The notes beneath the pieces were generated by a model. The model did not search any database. It saw nothing but the letters and a program-made list of their open reading frames with translations, and had not been told where the DNA came from. Positions 30,874 through 47,555 of a DNA stretch of 64,000 nucleotides are shown one piece after another (position 1 is the first letter of the stretch; every line of letters begins with the position of its first letter). The DNA comes from the human T2T-CHM13v2.0 reference genome, Homo sapiens. The translations under genes were made by a program, and so were the position numbers. The DNA lies in assembly GCF_009914755.1 (NCBI RefSeq), contig NC_060934.1; one strand, given 5' to 3'.

Positions 30874-31999
30874 TTGAATATACTCTTGAAAAGTGACATA
30901 TGCAAATTCAGTTTTTGCATCTTGAATCATATTTTCCAGTAGATTTTAACACAATCTTTATTTTGATTGTTCTCTGCCCTGCAGTTCTAGCCCTTTGGAA
31001 CTAATATTTGAAATAAAACCAGGGATATTCTCTGGATCTGTGCTTTCATAGGAGAACTTGTTGGTGGTTCCATCTTCTCCCCTGGGAGGCTCCTCTGGGC
31101 AGTGTTGGTGCTTCAGGAGTGACAGGTGTGCGGCAGGTGTGCGGCAGGTGTGGGTGAGCTGTGCTGACTGCAGTGGAGGGACCTGTGTGTCCTGAGTCCT
31201 TAAACGAGGCAGCAGATCTGCTAGATGTGTCGTGGGATGCTAAACTGCAGAGGACTTCTTCCCAAGTGCCAGCCTGCAGCCCAGTAACACAGAGCTTGGG
31301 CTGCCCGAGGCCACTTTACCAGAGAGAGAGACCTCAAGTGCAGAACTTGGTGACAGAGCACTGAGGCCAAATGGCTCTTGGGACTGATACCCAAACAAAA
31401 AGAAGGCAGACCTCACATCTCAGTTCAGTCACCACTGACGCAACCCAGCACCCGACAGCACCAGGGGCATCTGACAAACGCAGAAGCCAAAACCCAAATG
31501 ACAGACATTCAGAGGGATGAATTCCTGCTGGCAACTTGTGCACCGAAAACATCAGAAATATGCAGCTCGGAAAAAAAAAAAGGTGATTGACAGTACAAAG
31601 TGTCTACATTTGCAAATTATTTTTTTAAGTTAGCATCTTTTGTAAAAACATAAACTCATCGGGTTAGAATGGACCTCAAGAAATCACCTGGTCTAATGTC
31701 TAATTCTTACCTCCAGAAGGAGCAGCTCTTAAGCCATGCCAAGCAAAACAAAACAAGACCAACAAAACCACCTGCCCCTTCCTTTTCATCGAGTTTCTAG
31801 AGGAGATTTAACCAGGAACCACTGCTTTTTTCCCTTCACCATTAGGACATTTTTGTTGATGTCTGACTGTAGATTAAAACAGACCTGGATTAGAATTCAT
31901 ACTTCTCCATGTACAGGCTATGCACACTTAAGCACTGCCTAACTCTCAGAGCCGCACTTTCTCTATTTGTAAAATGAATATCAGAATATGCACCAATTA

Positions 32000-32660
<661 letters not shown>

Positions 32661-32663
32661 TGC

Positions 32664-32703
32664 GTGTGTGTGTGTGTGTGTGTGTGTCTGTGTGTGTGTG
32701 TGT
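32664..32703. repeat. (GT)n microsatellite
   Basis: Directly visible in the sequence. Confidence 0.9.
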
Positions 32704-32754
32704 TTAAACGGCTATACATGATGGTTGGCCACCAACAATAGCCATACTAATGCA

Positions 32755-32910
32755 GATGTTTTGAAGACATTTTTGAATGTCACTGAGTGGGGATCCTGCC
32801 AGCATCTAATGGGCAGAGGTCAGGGATGCTGCTACACATTTTACAAGACACAGACTTACCAGCACCCTGTGAGAAAGAACTATCCAGCACCAGGTTGAGA
32901 CACCTGCCTA
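32755..32910. mobile_element. MER20-like hAT fragment
   Basis: GACATTTTTG...GCATCTAATGGGCAGAGGTCAGGGATGCTGCT...AAAGAACTATCCAGC. Confidence 0.65.
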
Positions 32911-34474
32911 GAAATGCCATGTCATAAGTTAGCCGGCGGAAGGATGCTAAACCCCTCTAGGGTCTAGTACAAGGTTGAAGGGACCCTAGCTGTTGAAAGC
33001 AGAGGGCATGTACTCCATGTCACACATTTTTGGCAAGTCTCACAAAGTTTTTGGCTTCAAGAAAGTCTGAAATTAAAATATTCTCATTTATTCCCACAGC
33101 CCCTGGGTTTCACCTTCAAGGCATCAAGATTTGCTGATAGCTGATTATTCCTCTACAGAGTTTCTTTGTGATGCATCTACTTATAACTTCCTTGGGAGAC
33201 TTAAGAGTTGCATAGGAATTCTAGGGGCTGACTGCCTCTTCCACTGTGACTGTAAGCTAGAACCACCAGTCTGGTTTATATAACAGCCTAGAAAGAATGC
33301 TGTTCTGGGACTCAAGAGAAAGTCACTTGGTGTTTCTGGCCTTGGTTTGCTCACCTGTAAGATGGGCTGGTACAGTGGATGATCCCTAAGCTCCCGCCGT
33401 CGTGCCCTGATTCTGAGATAGCATTATCAGGGAATCTGTATGGACTCATGCAACTGTTCTCCTGGGATCACAAGGGTTGTGTGTCTCCCCTTCTCATCTT
33501 AAAATGAAATCTTGGAAATCTTCAGTATAAAATTCATATTGGTGTTTTCCTGACCATAAATATAATGCTCCTTACTCAGGAGAAGGGAGGACTGGGGAAA
33601 ACTTGAGGGCACCGTTTGGTTCTGGGAATGAAGAGAGCACCCAGCCCCACAAGGCAGCTCTTGCTTCCTTTAGCTGAAGTTTGAGGCAGGTGACTTGAAT
33701 GCTTGTATTGTTTTGTGTTTCACAGAGACCGGTCGGGGTGAGCAGTAACCCACGCTAACAGAGCTTAGTCAAGCAACCAGTACCGGCCAACGGACAGTGA
33801 AACTGAAAGAAAACTTGCAGAGCTTTCATGGAAAGTCCATCAGTGAAAACGGCCTGGATGAATATGGTGTAAACTGTCTCCCAGGCCCTGTTTCGTTTTT
33901 CCTTAGGTGTCAGTGGGAAACTACACATTTGCCGAATCAATTTTCTCTGCTACTCAGAGAAAAGCATCCTTTGAGATTAGCAACATAAGAAGATATACAT
34001 AATTAAATAAATAAATAAATAAGGAAAAACAATGCACAAGTTTCGAGGATTAGAAGGACAAAAATTAAACAAGAAAAATAAATTTAAAAAAATAAAAGAA
34101 AGAGATTAGCAGCGTGGAAGCAGATGGCACAGGGAGGAGGGGGCAGTGGCCCCCAGATGGGCTGTGGGAGCAATGTCAAGGTTGGAGGTGGTGGGAGAAA
34201 GGTGGAATCTCTGTAGCCTGATAGAGGTTGAAGATGTCTTTACAAAGCTAGTGTACTTAATTATTTGTGGGGAACAAAGGGTCTTCCTGATCCATACAAA
34301 GTATACTCTCTTTTTAACAATCAGGGTAACCTAAGACAGATGATGAGGACCTTCCAAAAGTCAGTCACTCACCAGAATTCCAAAGTGCCAGGTTGCCTGA
34401 TGAGAATACACGCTGTCTTGCCCAGGTGGCATGAGATGCCATGAGGCCCTGGAACAAGGGCTACAATCATTTTC

Positions 34475-35215
34475 TTCTTTAAAAAAGTTTTATTTGTATA
34501 AATGTATGGGGTACGAATGCAACTTATTACAGGGATGTATTGCATAGTAGTAAAATCAGGGCTTTTAGTGTATCCATCACCCAAATAATGTACACTGTAC
34601 CTATTAAGTAATTTCTCATCACCCGCCCCCTCCCCTCCCTCCTGAGTCTCCAATGTCTATCATTTCACTCTCTATGTCCATGCGTATACATTTTTTTTGA
34701 GATGGGGTCTTGCTCTGTTGTCCAGGCTGGAGCACAGTGGTGCGATCACAGTTCACTGAAACCTTGACCTCCCAGGCTCATTCAATCCTCCCACCTCAGC
34801 CTCCTAAATAACTGGGATCACAGGTGCGCACCACCATGCCTGGCTACCTTTTGTAGAGACAGGGTTTCGCCATGTTGCCCAGGCTGGTCTTGAACTCCTG
34901 GGCTCAAGTGATCCAACTGCCTTGTCTTCCCAAAATGCTAGGATTACAGGCGTGAGCCACTGCGCCCAGGCTTGTGCACATTACTTAGCTCCCACTTATA
35001 AGTGAGAACATGTGGTATTTGTTTCTCTGTTTCTGAGTTCTTTGACTTAAAATAGTGGCCTCCAGTTCCATCCACGTTGCTGCAAAAGACATGATTTCAT
35101 ATTCCTTTATGGCTGAGTAGTGTTCCAGGGTGTATATATACCACATTTACTTTATCCAATCATCCATTGGTGGACATTGAGGTTGGTTCTATGTCTTTGC
35201 TATTGTGGATAGTGA
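34475..35215 (-). mobile_element. L1MA 3' end interrupted by an AluJ (~34690-34972)
   Basis: TTTTAGTGTATCCATCACCC...TTAGCTCCCACTTATAAGTGAGAACATG. Confidence 0.82.
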
Positions 35216-36564
35216 AAAGCCACAATTATTTGATTTCACAGATACCCTCCTTTCTTTACGTGGGTTGAGCACAGGAAGAAACTGTCTACCTCAGTTACTA
35301 CCACCATTGGCCTTCCAAATGTGGCTGTGTTTTGCCTGGGGTACGCAATCCCACCTTTATGCCTGTACATGCTTTGGAGTTGGAATTGGTCCTACTTGGG
35401 TTATATCTGGATACAAAGAAAAGTCAGTTAAATGTGGTGCAGCCACTATACACATCCTGAAGGCCCAAGTGCTAATCTCACACCTTAATTGCAGTAGGAA
35501 TTATAAGTGGCAGGCTGCCCTTCTTTCTGACTCCATGGATCCTACCTGCTCACCCCTGGCCATCCCTCTGCCTTCACCCTCTAATACTTTTGCCCTCTGC
35601 TCTGACCACATGGGATGCCCGCTCCTTGCTCCTGCTGGAACACTCATCCCCAGGCAGCTCCAGGCTCCCCCTCAACTCCTCCCGCTTCAGTGAGGACTAC
35701 GCTGGACGCCCTTTCATTTGTCTCTCTTTCCTACAAGAATGCAAGTTCTATAGGGAATAGATGTTTGTCTCTTTCCTTCACTATACGGGACTTGCCTAAC
35801 ACATAGTAAGCGCTCAAGGAATATTTGTCAAATGAATACACATCCTGCTTGAATCTCAACCCTTGCTGCTGCAGGTTAAAGAGTTCTAATAAAATGTCTT
35901 CTGCCTACCTCCCAAGGACACTGTTGTTTCTTAAGAAGGGAAATTGAATTTCTAATGTGAAGGGGGAGCTCTTCTCTAATTTCCTGCACTGTTATGGAGT
36001 CTTTTCTGTTTTTCATATTTCTTCATCAGTTCATCAGAGGTCTAGAAAGGAGATGACTTGGGCTATCATTTTACTCAGAAACTGTGTCTTTTTTTTATCT
36101 TTGAGCAAAATTCCTCTCCTGTCTGTTGACTTCTATGTAGAATTCCAAGCTCGTAGGACAGATGACATGGATCATTAGATTAAGCCCAGAAGGGCAAACG
36201 ACTTGTGCTGGAAAGTCAGGAAAACAGAGTGAAGGGCTATAGCAGGAGGATGTAGAAGCTAGCTGGGGCCCCCTACTGGCAAATGTGGGGATAATGTAGC
36301 AGTGAAACAGAAAGATAGTGATGGATTGTAACCCATTGAATAGAAAAAGAATCCATGAGTTCATATTGATATCAACAAACAAATGATAAATTGATTAGGG
36401 AGAGGGAAACTCTTCCGTATAGCAGAGTTCTGGCCAAGAAATATGGAAAGAATGAAGGAATTAGAAATGTATTGAGGTTAAATGCTGAACCTAGTGGGTG
36501 AAGGTTTGATAGGAACAGGATATTTACATAGTCTCAAAGTATCTCTCCAGAAGTTACTTTCTAA

Positions 36565-36720
36565 TTTTTTTTTGAGATGGGTCTCTCTCTGTCACCAAGG
36601 CTGAAATGTAGTGGCAAACATAGCTCACTGCAGCCTTGATTTCCTGGTCTCAAGTAAATCGTCCTTCCTTGGCCTCCCAAAGTAATGAGATTACAGGCAT
36701 GAGCCACCACATCCATCCTG
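36565..36720 (-). mobile_element. Alu monomer within an old L1M fragment
   Basis: Diverged single-arm Alu. Confidence 0.7.
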
Positions 36721-37327
36721 CTTTTAATTATAAAGAAAAAATAGTAACTTTATTCATAAAAAAATAACAGACACCATCTTTACACAAAAGGAAAATTGTT
36801 CAGCATGGTACAGTGATAAGCTGAGCAAAAGGCCAGGTGGAGCTTAGAAAAATGTGTAAGAAGGGTTGCATCAGTAAGGACTTTTAATTAAACCAGTGAA
36901 AACAGCAGAAAAACAAATTAAACAAAGTCCTCTTCCCCCTGGCGCTCCAGGTGATTGAATCAGCTGCCCAAGCAAGCTGAAACAGGGCAGCATGGAATAA
37001 AACCACTTGGCATGTGGGTAACTGTGTTATTTCCAAAGGACTTTCCCAAATATCATCTTGCTTTATGCTATTTCTCACAGCAATTTTGTGACGCAAAGCA
37101 GCTATCTCCTGTGTAAGCCATCTCCTGATTAACATATGAGCACACTCAACCCACAGGGTACATGACTTTTCCAAGGCCACAGAACGGAGCCAGGACGTGA
37201 CCCCACGCTGCTGGCACCATGGCCAGTGTCCCACCGCACTGACCCGTCACTTGAGCTCACTTGCACCATCCCTGTAAAATGCCAGGTAACTCCTGCATCA
37301 CAAAGAAAAATATTCTCAAGGAAGTAG

Positions 37328-37643
<316 letters not shown>

Positions 37644-37992
37644 TGAAAAACATGTTAATATTGCTTTTTGATGCCATTTCATTGGTACACTTAATCTGAA
37701 TCATTCTACTTCTTTTGATAAATTTCCTGAAAATAAAGAACGAGTATCAGAAAGGTAAAACTTGTGAGCAGAATCTTTTCTGAAATGCTAATGAAGCCAA
37801 TTGCAAAGGAGTAAAAAGCTTCAGAGATGTATTTCTATCGGGAATTGCCAGGGAGACAAATACCATCTGCAGTAGAGAAACGGCCCTCCATCTCTCCTCT
37901 CAGGAGCCCAGGGATGTTCCTCTCTGCTGTTTCTTTGTTTTGGGTACAATGTGCCTGAAGGAGTTGGTAGAAAAATCATCCTCATAGGGTAC

Positions 37993-39543
37993 TGATGGCG
38001 GCAGTGGCCCATCTGGAGCAGCTGCTGCAAAGATGCCTGCTGCAGTGAGGGAGGCCCGGCTGGGGCTGCAGCTCTGCGGAACCAGCAAGGGCTGGGAACA
38101 GGCAAGAGCCCCATGCGACTACCAAGTCAGTGGGGCAGGAGCCCTGTGCTCCCAGGCACAGCTGCAGCTGCCCAGCCACAGCTCCAGACAGGGCATCCCT
38201 GCGTTCTCAGGAGCCTGGGAAGTCCCTGCTCCCCCCACAGGCTCTGAAGTGCTTGCTCCTGCTCCCTGGCCTCTCCTTGCTCCCAGAGGAGCAAGTTTGT
38301 AGTGCGGAGAAAATTTGCAGCCAAGCCTGGACACTGTTGCCAGGTGTGTGAGCACTCAGGGTGGTGCTGACATGCTGGTCCCCTGACGCCTTGGCCCCCT
38401 CTGGACTTCGGGCAGGGGAGGGACTGAGGGTGACTCTGCACAGGCCTGCAGATGCCTCTCTGCATGAACAGCCTGGGCACCCTAGATGGCATGTTGATGA
38501 TGGCAGGAGGCAAATAGGTTCCTAAGTGGAAAGGGGCAGGTCCCTGGTGAAGCCCCTCCTTTAAGTCAGGCACGGCCTGAAGCCTGGGGGCTAGGCTGCC
38601 AGTTCTAGGTGAAGTCCATGCTCCGGAGTGAGAATTTATGGTGCTTTTTCTGGGTCCACCCATAGCCGCCCATGGGCCATCCCCTTTCTCCTTTCTGAGC
38701 CCATAAAAACCCCAGACTTACACAGACATCAGGATTACCAGCTGCTGGAAGGAGCTACCTATTTTGGGTCTCCTCAACTTGCCAGGATGACCTGTCTGGG
38801 GAAAGGAACTGGACAGTCATCAGGATGACCTGCCTGAGGAAAGGAGCTGTCAACTTTGGGTCATTGGAGAACTGTTCCATCACTCAGTGAAGCTCCTCTC
38901 TGCCTTGCTCACCCTCCAGTTGTCCACATATCTCACTCTTTCTGGATGCAGGATAAGAAGTCAGGACCTGCTGAATAGCAAGACTGAAAGAGCTGTAACA
39001 CAAACAGGACTGAAACACATCCCCCTGCTCCCCACATTTTGGGTGACAAGAAAGAGAGAAGAACTGTGGCCCTTTAGGGAACCCAGACCTAGGGGCTTCC
39101 TGAGCCAGGGCTGTGACACCCTCTTTGGTGCTCTGTGGTTTCTGGCATCTCCAAGCTTCCAGGTGCCACCACATTCCCCTTGTCCAGACACAGATGCCCA
39201 CAGTGGAAGCTGTTGGCAGTGCGTCTGATCCAGCCGCAGGCTCTTGCATGGAGCTGGCACATGTGCTGGCACCTGGAGCTGCCCGCCCCACAGCAGCAGC
39301 TGGTGTGCCTGGATGTGTGCAGTCGCCAGACCCCATACTTGCTCACTCACACACTCCTAGCCACTCTGCGCCTGGCTCAACCTTGGTAGGCATGGGATCA
39401 AGACCAATAGCACAAGCTGAGTGCAGCCTGCCAGGCCGAGTGGACAGAACAAGCCCAGTGGAGCCCAGCAAAACTGAGGAAAAAGTGCCACTACTCACAG
39501 AGGTTTCCAGCTGGAAAAGCGACACCCGAAGGACCCCATGACA
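37993..39543 (+). mobile_element. Solo MER52A-like ERV1 LTR
   Basis: TGATGGCGGCAGTGGCCCATCTGGAGC...GGACCCCATGACA; perfect 4-bp TSD GTAC; GC-rich, which explains the cluster of spurious ORFs. Confidence 0.85.
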
Positions 39544-40084
39544 GTACTTTTCCTGCTTGTCTTCATTGTTATCTTTCTCACAGATCAATCCCTTTCTTTC
39601 TGGAATTAATGTCATGGTTGATTTTGTTTCTTTTAAACACTTTATATTTGTAACTTTGAGAAATTTAGAAAACGCCAGAAAAGTTGAAAGACTCTTATAA
39701 CAAACACCTCTCTGATTACTACCCATAACTGACTACTCTTGAATTACTAGGATAGTTCTTTTCAATCTTTCTTTTCCATTTAAAAACAAAGTAAAGTAAA
39801 ATAACACTGCAGTTAAACTGAAGTTCCGTTTATTTTTCTCCATCCAAGTTCATTCCCTTTCTCCTACAAAAGGCATCTCTCACATGGATTTATTTATAAA
39901 ATATTGCACATAGGTATCTATGTGCTCACATAACATATATTATTGCTTATTATCCACTCTTTTCAAATTTTTCTTTGCAGGAAAATATGCCAAACAAATC
40001 CTTGCAATTCTGAAATCATTCTGGTTAGGATTTGATTATCTTATCTCTTTCCAACATAAAGTCCCATGAGGCAAGTTACGATAA

Positions 40085-40610
40085 TAGTTAATACCATGGA
40101 CAAGGCACTGTTCTAGGTGCATATACTTGTTACCTCATCTGTTTTTTTCTTTTTTTCTGGAGACAAGGTCTCACTCTGTCACCCAGGCTGGAGTGCAGTG
40201 GCAGGACCATAGCTCTCTGTAACCTCAAACTCATGGGCTCATGCAATCTTATCCTCTCAGCCTCCCCAGTAGCTGGGACTACAGGTGCATGCCACCATGC
40301 CCTGCTAATTTTCTTTTCTTTGTTTTAGATTTGGGGTCTTTCTCTGTTGCCCAGGCTGATCTCAAACTCCTGACCTCAAATGATCCTTCCATCTCAATCT
40401 CCAAAAGAGCTGGTATTATGGGCATGAGCCACTGCACATGGCCTTGTTACCTCATCTTATCCTCACAATAACCTTATGGACATATATTATTATGATCCTC
40501 ATTTTAGAGATTGAGACTTAGGCACAGAGGCACTGGGTCACTTTCTTGAGCCTGCGGAGGTATGAGCTGCTGGGCAGGCTGGTCCTGGTGCCCAAGACCC
40601 ACACTCCTGC
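40085..40610 (-). mobile_element. MIR interrupted by an AluJ (~40142-40444)
   Basis: TSD TTGTTACCTCATCT; MIR core ATCCTCATTTTAGAGATTGAG. Confidence 0.78.
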
Positions 40611-41501
40611 CCTTGCTTATTGTTCCTTACAGAGGTCTTTGCTTTTCCTAATAAGACCATTGTCTACATGATCAGTTGACACCTTGAAAGCAGGCTGGTC
40701 TTGACAGTTTCACATGTTCCCTTTCTAATTGATGACGCTTTCCTGGGATAATGAATGAACTCAACTTCGGGTTCAAGTTGCTCCAACAACCCACTTCCAG
40801 CCACAGCACTCCCATGAGAGCCTCTGCAGCCTGGGCCCCTCCAGCTCATAGGGATGCCCACCCAGGCCAAGCGCTTCTAAACGAGCGACCTCCTCAAAAG
40901 AAAGCATAGGAGAAAGCAGGAATCAGTAAAACTTTTCTGGTTTTCTCTTCAAATATTAACAAATTGACACTTAAGAAGATATGGCAACCTCTTAGATCCA
41001 GAGGATAAAAAAGGCTCCTTCATGCTGCTTTCAACTCATTAGAAGACGTGACACTTACCATGCAGCCTTCTGCTGTCTCTCCTCAGCAGTACAAGCCTCA
41101 GCCCCTAATCCTGCCTGGCTGCTGAAGGATTAGACCCAGCACTTAGTATTTAACCTGTTCCTCCCCTGCACATCTTGTGGATTTGGTTTTTCTTTTATGG
41201 GTTGCCAAAAGCAAAATAATAATACCTGTCACTTCAGCCAAGGGAGATTTATTACTTTTAATCAAAGGATACTTGTTATAAAAGGAGTTATGTATATATG
41301 AATACACACACAGATACACACATATCTATGCATGTATACAGACAGACAGACATCAGCAAACGTAAATCCCCATTTGGGGACTCAGGGCACTGTCTGTTCC
41401 CCTCCTCCACTGATGGATTTTTGTTCACTGTTTGTCATCTGTGTCCTGGAGGCCACCAAAGGCTCATGTGCCCTCATAGTGTGGTGACATCTTAACCTCT
41501 A

Positions 41502-41731
<230 letters not shown>

Positions 41732-42320
41732 TCATCCCTAATCACTTATTCCTGAGTCTGTCCCAGCCAACAAGGTCATCGACCCTACAATTGCAACAAG
41801 AGGGATGAGGGGAGGACAAGGGAGGGACAAAGGCAGTAAAGTCAGTGATTAGGTGGACACCAGGTGGGTGTCCAAGTCAATATGGAAGGAGAAGGCATTA
41901 AGAAACAAGGAATCAAAAATCTAAAAAGAAAAAAAAATTAAAGTACAGCCTTATTCTTTTGCTGACATACTTTTTTCTCCACTGCCCAAGCCCCTCTTAT
42001 TGAGAAAAGAGGCTGCATCCCAGTGCTTGGAAGCGCAGACACCCGTCCTTCTGTGCTCTGAGTGTTTCAAACAGCCTTGCAGACAGCCATAGCACCTAGC
42101 ACTGGGCTTAGCAGGCAGTAGCCTCTCAGTAACTGCCTGCAGAATTGAATTCAATAGCTAAGTGCTAGAATTATGTCCAGGTTAAAAGGGGTTACCAACA
42201 TAAGTCAGAACTGACGTGGTGCAGCGATGATTGCTGGTCATCTCCTAATCCCAGCTGCCCTTCTTCTTTGGGAACAGACCACCCAAGTACAGCTGAGGAA
42301 CGGTGCATCAGAGTGCCTAA

Positions 42321-42819
<499 letters not shown>

Positions 42820-44239
42820 TGATTAATGTGATGTCATCAATATAGTGTGATATTGGTTTTGATTTAATGTCTTGGCCTGGGTGAGAGGGTGGTTTCAGCG
42901 CCATCCACTGGACCATTCCTACTATAACATTATGTTCTTACTTTACCAATCAAGAGACCACATGACAGTTCCACTGAATGGTAATTATGTCCATTCCAAT
43001 TATACATTCAGGAACTCGCAAAGTGACCCACAGGTAGGTCCACGGACCTGAGCCAGAACTTTATTGATCACATAGTTCCCATATATCCCTAATCGAACAG
43101 GAAGGCCTTTATCACTTTGAGTGTCAATCTTGATATTCTAATAGCATTAGAGAAATTTGGACATTCCTCTTTCCCCATTGCATGGTGATCTGAGTACATG
43201 GCTATAGACATCTTTGGGGAAAGTCCGGGGAAATTACCTCTTTCTACATCTGCCATGGGATGGCAGGTATTTCCCCACAGGGACCCAGCCTTTCCTTCAA
43301 TTGATGGGTTCTAGGTGTAAGAACTGGCTTAGGTCTGGAAAGAAAGCAAGGGATCATGACTTTCCATCTGGGGTAACTGACCTCATCCTTCTGCTCATCC
43401 ATGCTTTACCTTCTTTAAGATCAATATAACACACATTATAATACATTTATTCCATACTCTCATTGGCTACCCATCTCTCTTGCTCCTATGAATATCATTT
43501 TCTTCTGCTGTCTCCATAGACCTTTGCTGTTCAAGACTCCCTGGATACCTTTTCAACCTTTCTGCCCATTAAGGTCACTTGCATCTGATGGTTCAGCACT
43601 GCAGGTGACCTCTCCTTTTCAAGGATCCTTTCACTCATCTTGCTGCTAGAGGCCCCAGTTCTATAACAGCATCTCCTCCCATCAGCTCTGGCACCCAGGG
43701 AACAGTCCCCCACTCTGAGCTTCTCAACAGTACCGGAGCTCCCAAAAACTCACTCCTCAGTATCTTGGTATACAAGTCTCCTCCAGATCCTGCCGAGAAT
43801 CAGGCTGGGTAGAGCAGATCCAACTGGCAGGCTCAGTTCTCTGGGCCTTCCTCCACAGTCTGCCTGGGAACTTTTTCCAGGCTTCTAACTGTGATATTAG
43901 AACTGGCCCTCAGGAACTTAGAAAAGGTCTTTAAAAGGTTTAAAAAGTTTCAGCATCAAAGAAACACATGCCAAAAAAAAAAAAAAAAAAGAATCAGTTA
44001 TTAACGTTAAGAAAAACAAAACTTATACCAAAGGTTAGGCTGAACTACATGAAACTGTCATCTTCCTAAGTCAAAATAGATGGATACTGACCATGTCAAG
44101 TAGTTTAACCAGATATCATCAGAGGACATTACTACTTGGCTTACCAGTGAGCAGCATTTATTTATTAAGTTTTAGAAGACTTCATGAAGACATCAGTACA
44201 TTAATATGAAACAAAAATTATGCTATAACAATACAGGGG

Positions 44240-44588
<349 letters not shown>

Positions 44589-44589
44589 T

Positions 44590-47270
44590 CAGGATATCAG
44601 ATCAATATACAAAAATCAATTGTTTCCATACATTTGCAGTGAACAATTCAAAAATTAAATTTAAAAGACAATTCCATCAGGAAAAAGGCAAGGACGTCCC
44701 CCTCATCACTCCTTTTCAACATCTTATTGGAAGTCCTAGCTAATGCAATAAGACAAGAAAATGAAACAAAATGTGTACAGATTGGGCAGAAAGAAACAAG
44801 ACTATCTTTATTTGCAAATAACATGATTATCTATGCAGAAAATCTAAAATAAAAATAATTTTTAAAAATCTCCTGGAACTAACAAGGAACTATAGTAAGG
44901 GTGCAGGCTACAAGGTTAATATACAAAAGTCAATTGCTTTTCTGTACAATAGCAATAAACAAGTGGAATTTAAAATTAAAAACACAATACCATTCAGCAT
45001 ACAAAAAATGAGATACCTAGGTATAAACCTAATAGAAAATATGTATAAGACCTATATGAGGGAAACTACAAAACTCTGATGAAAGATGTCAGAGAAGAAC
45101 TAAATAAATAAAGAGATAACACATGTTCATGGATAAGAAGACTCAATATTGTCAAGATGTCATTTCTTCCCAAATTGATCTATAGACTCAATGGAATCCC
45201 AATCAGAATCTCAGCAAGTTATATTGTGATTATAGACAAACTGATTCTAAACTTTATATGGAGAGGCAAAAGACCCAGAATAGCCAACACAATATTAAAG
45301 AAAAAAACAAAGTTAGAGGACCGTCATTACCTGACTTTGAGATTTACTGTAAAGCTACAGCAATCAAAATTGCATCATATTGGTGAAAGAATGGACAAGT
45401 AGACCAATCAAAACAAAATAAAGAGCCCCAAACAGACCCACATAAATATAGTCAACTCATCTTTGGCAACAGAGTAAAGGCAATATAATGAAGAAAAGAT
45501 AGTATTTTCAACAAATGGTGCTGGAAGAACTGGATATCCACATGCAAAAAGATAGATCCAGACACAGATCTCATGCCCTTCATAAGTATTAACTACAAAT
45601 GAATCACAGACCTAAGTGTACAATGCAAAACTATAAAACTCTTAGAAATTAACATAAGAGAAAACCTAGTTGATCTTGGGTAGGTGGTGACTTTTTGGAT
45701 ACTACATCAAGGCATAATTCATGAAGAAAATAATTTATAAGATGGACTTCTTTAAAATTAAAAATGTCTGTTCTGTTAAAGACAATGTCAATAGAATAAA
45801 AATACAAGCCACAAACTGGGAGAATATATTTGCAAAACACACATCTGGTAAAGAACTGTTATCCAAAGTATACATGCTGGGTGAGGTGGCTCACCTCTGT
45901 AATCCCAACACTTTGGGATGCCAAGGAGGGTGGATTGCTTGGGTTCAGAAGTTCGAAACCATCCTGTGCAATATGGTGAAACCCTGTTGGTACAAAAAAT
46001 ACAAAAAATTAGCCCAGCATGTCAGTGTGCACCTGTGGTCCCAGCTACTTGAGAGGCTGAGTTGGGAGGATCACTTGAGCCTGGGAGGTCGAGGCTGCAT
46101 GAGCTATGTTCATGCCACTGCACCCAAGCCTTAGTGACAAAGCAAGACCTTGTCTCAAAAAAAATATATATATATATATAGTGTATATATACATATATAC
46201 ACATACATACACACAAAGAGTTCTTACACAAATAATTCTTGACTTGTGGGTGAAAATATCTGAACAGACACCTTACCAGAGAAGATGTACAGATGGCAAG
46301 TAAGCGTATGAAAAAATGCTCAACATCATATGTCATTAGAGGATTACAAATTAAAAAGACAATGAGATACCACTACACACCTATTCGAATTATGAAAATC
46401 CAAAACACTGAGAGCATCAAATGCTGGAGAGGCTGTGGAGCAACAAGAACTCTCATTCATTGCTGGAAGGAATGCAAAATGGTACAGCCATTTCAGAAGA
46501 CAGCTTGGCAGCTTCTTACAAAACTAAACACACTATTATCATATGAACCAGAATTACACTCTTGCTATTTACTTAAATATATTGAAAACTTATGTCCACA
46601 AAAATACCTGTACACAGATGTTTGTGGCAGTTTTATTTATAATTGCCAAAACTTGGAAGAAACCAAGATGCTGTCAGTAGGTGAGCAGATAAGCTGTGGT
46701 ATATCCACACACTGGAATATTATTTAGCACTAAAAATAGAGCTATGAAAAAATACAAAGGAACTCGAAATGCATATTAGTAAGACAAAGACACCAATTAT
46801 GAAAAGCCTCCATGCTGTATGATTTCAAATATATGACACTGTGGAAAAGGCAGAACTATGGAGGCAGTAAAAAAATCCGTGGTTGCCAAGGGTTGAGGGT
46901 GGGAGGAGGCAAGAATCAGTGGAGCACAGAAGATTTTTTAGGTGAATGAAAATACTCTGTGTGAAATTATAATGATGGAAACATATCATTATATATTTGC
47001 CAATAGAATATACAGCACCAACAATAAACCCTAATGTATGCTGTGGGCTTTGGGTGAAAATGCTGTGTCAACATGGACTCATTGATTGTAACAAATGTGC
47101 CACTCTGGTCCAGGATGTTGACAACAGAGGAAGCTGGGAGTGCATGGGGATAAGGGCATATGGAAAATCTATATACCTTCTGCTCAATTTTGCTGCAAAT
47201 CTAACACTGTTCTAAAAACAAAAGTCTCTTAAACAGCAACTCCCATTTATAGTAGCATCACAAAGAATAA
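44590..47270 (+). mobile_element. L1MA/L1MB: degenerate ORF2 3' half and 3' UTR, with an AluJ at ~45876-46165
   Basis: ORF2 peptides MSFLPKLIYRLNGIPI, KRPRIANTIL, MRYHYTPIR, KCWRGCG. Confidence 0.88.
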
Positions 47271-47310
47271 ACTATTTAAGAGTATTTTATTAAATAAAAT
47301 TAAATATTCT

Positions 47311-47555
47311 CTTTTTTTTTTTGAGAGAGGATCTCCTTTTTTGCCCAGGCTGGAATGTTGTGGTGCAATCATGGCTCACTGCAGCCTTGATCTCCTGGGC
47401 TCAAGCCAACCTCCCACCTCAGTCTCCTGAGTAGCTTGGATGATAGGCCTGCACCACCACACCTGGCTAATTTTTGTATTTTTTTGGTAGAGACAGGGTT
47501 TTGCTATGTTGCCCAGGCTGGTCTCAAACTCCTGAGTTCAAGTGATCCTCCCACC
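47311..47555 (-). mobile_element. AluJ truncated by the MER57 insertion
   Basis: Ends at GATCCTCCCACC; the 5' ~45 nt are missing. Confidence 0.85.

Noticed and set aside
35205-35693. 162-aa ORF
   Set aside because: GTG start in an L1 remnant, no recognisable domain and no exon context.
37821-39726. Dense cluster of 80-178 aa ORFs on both strands
   Set aside because: These are explained by the GC-rich MER52 LTR.
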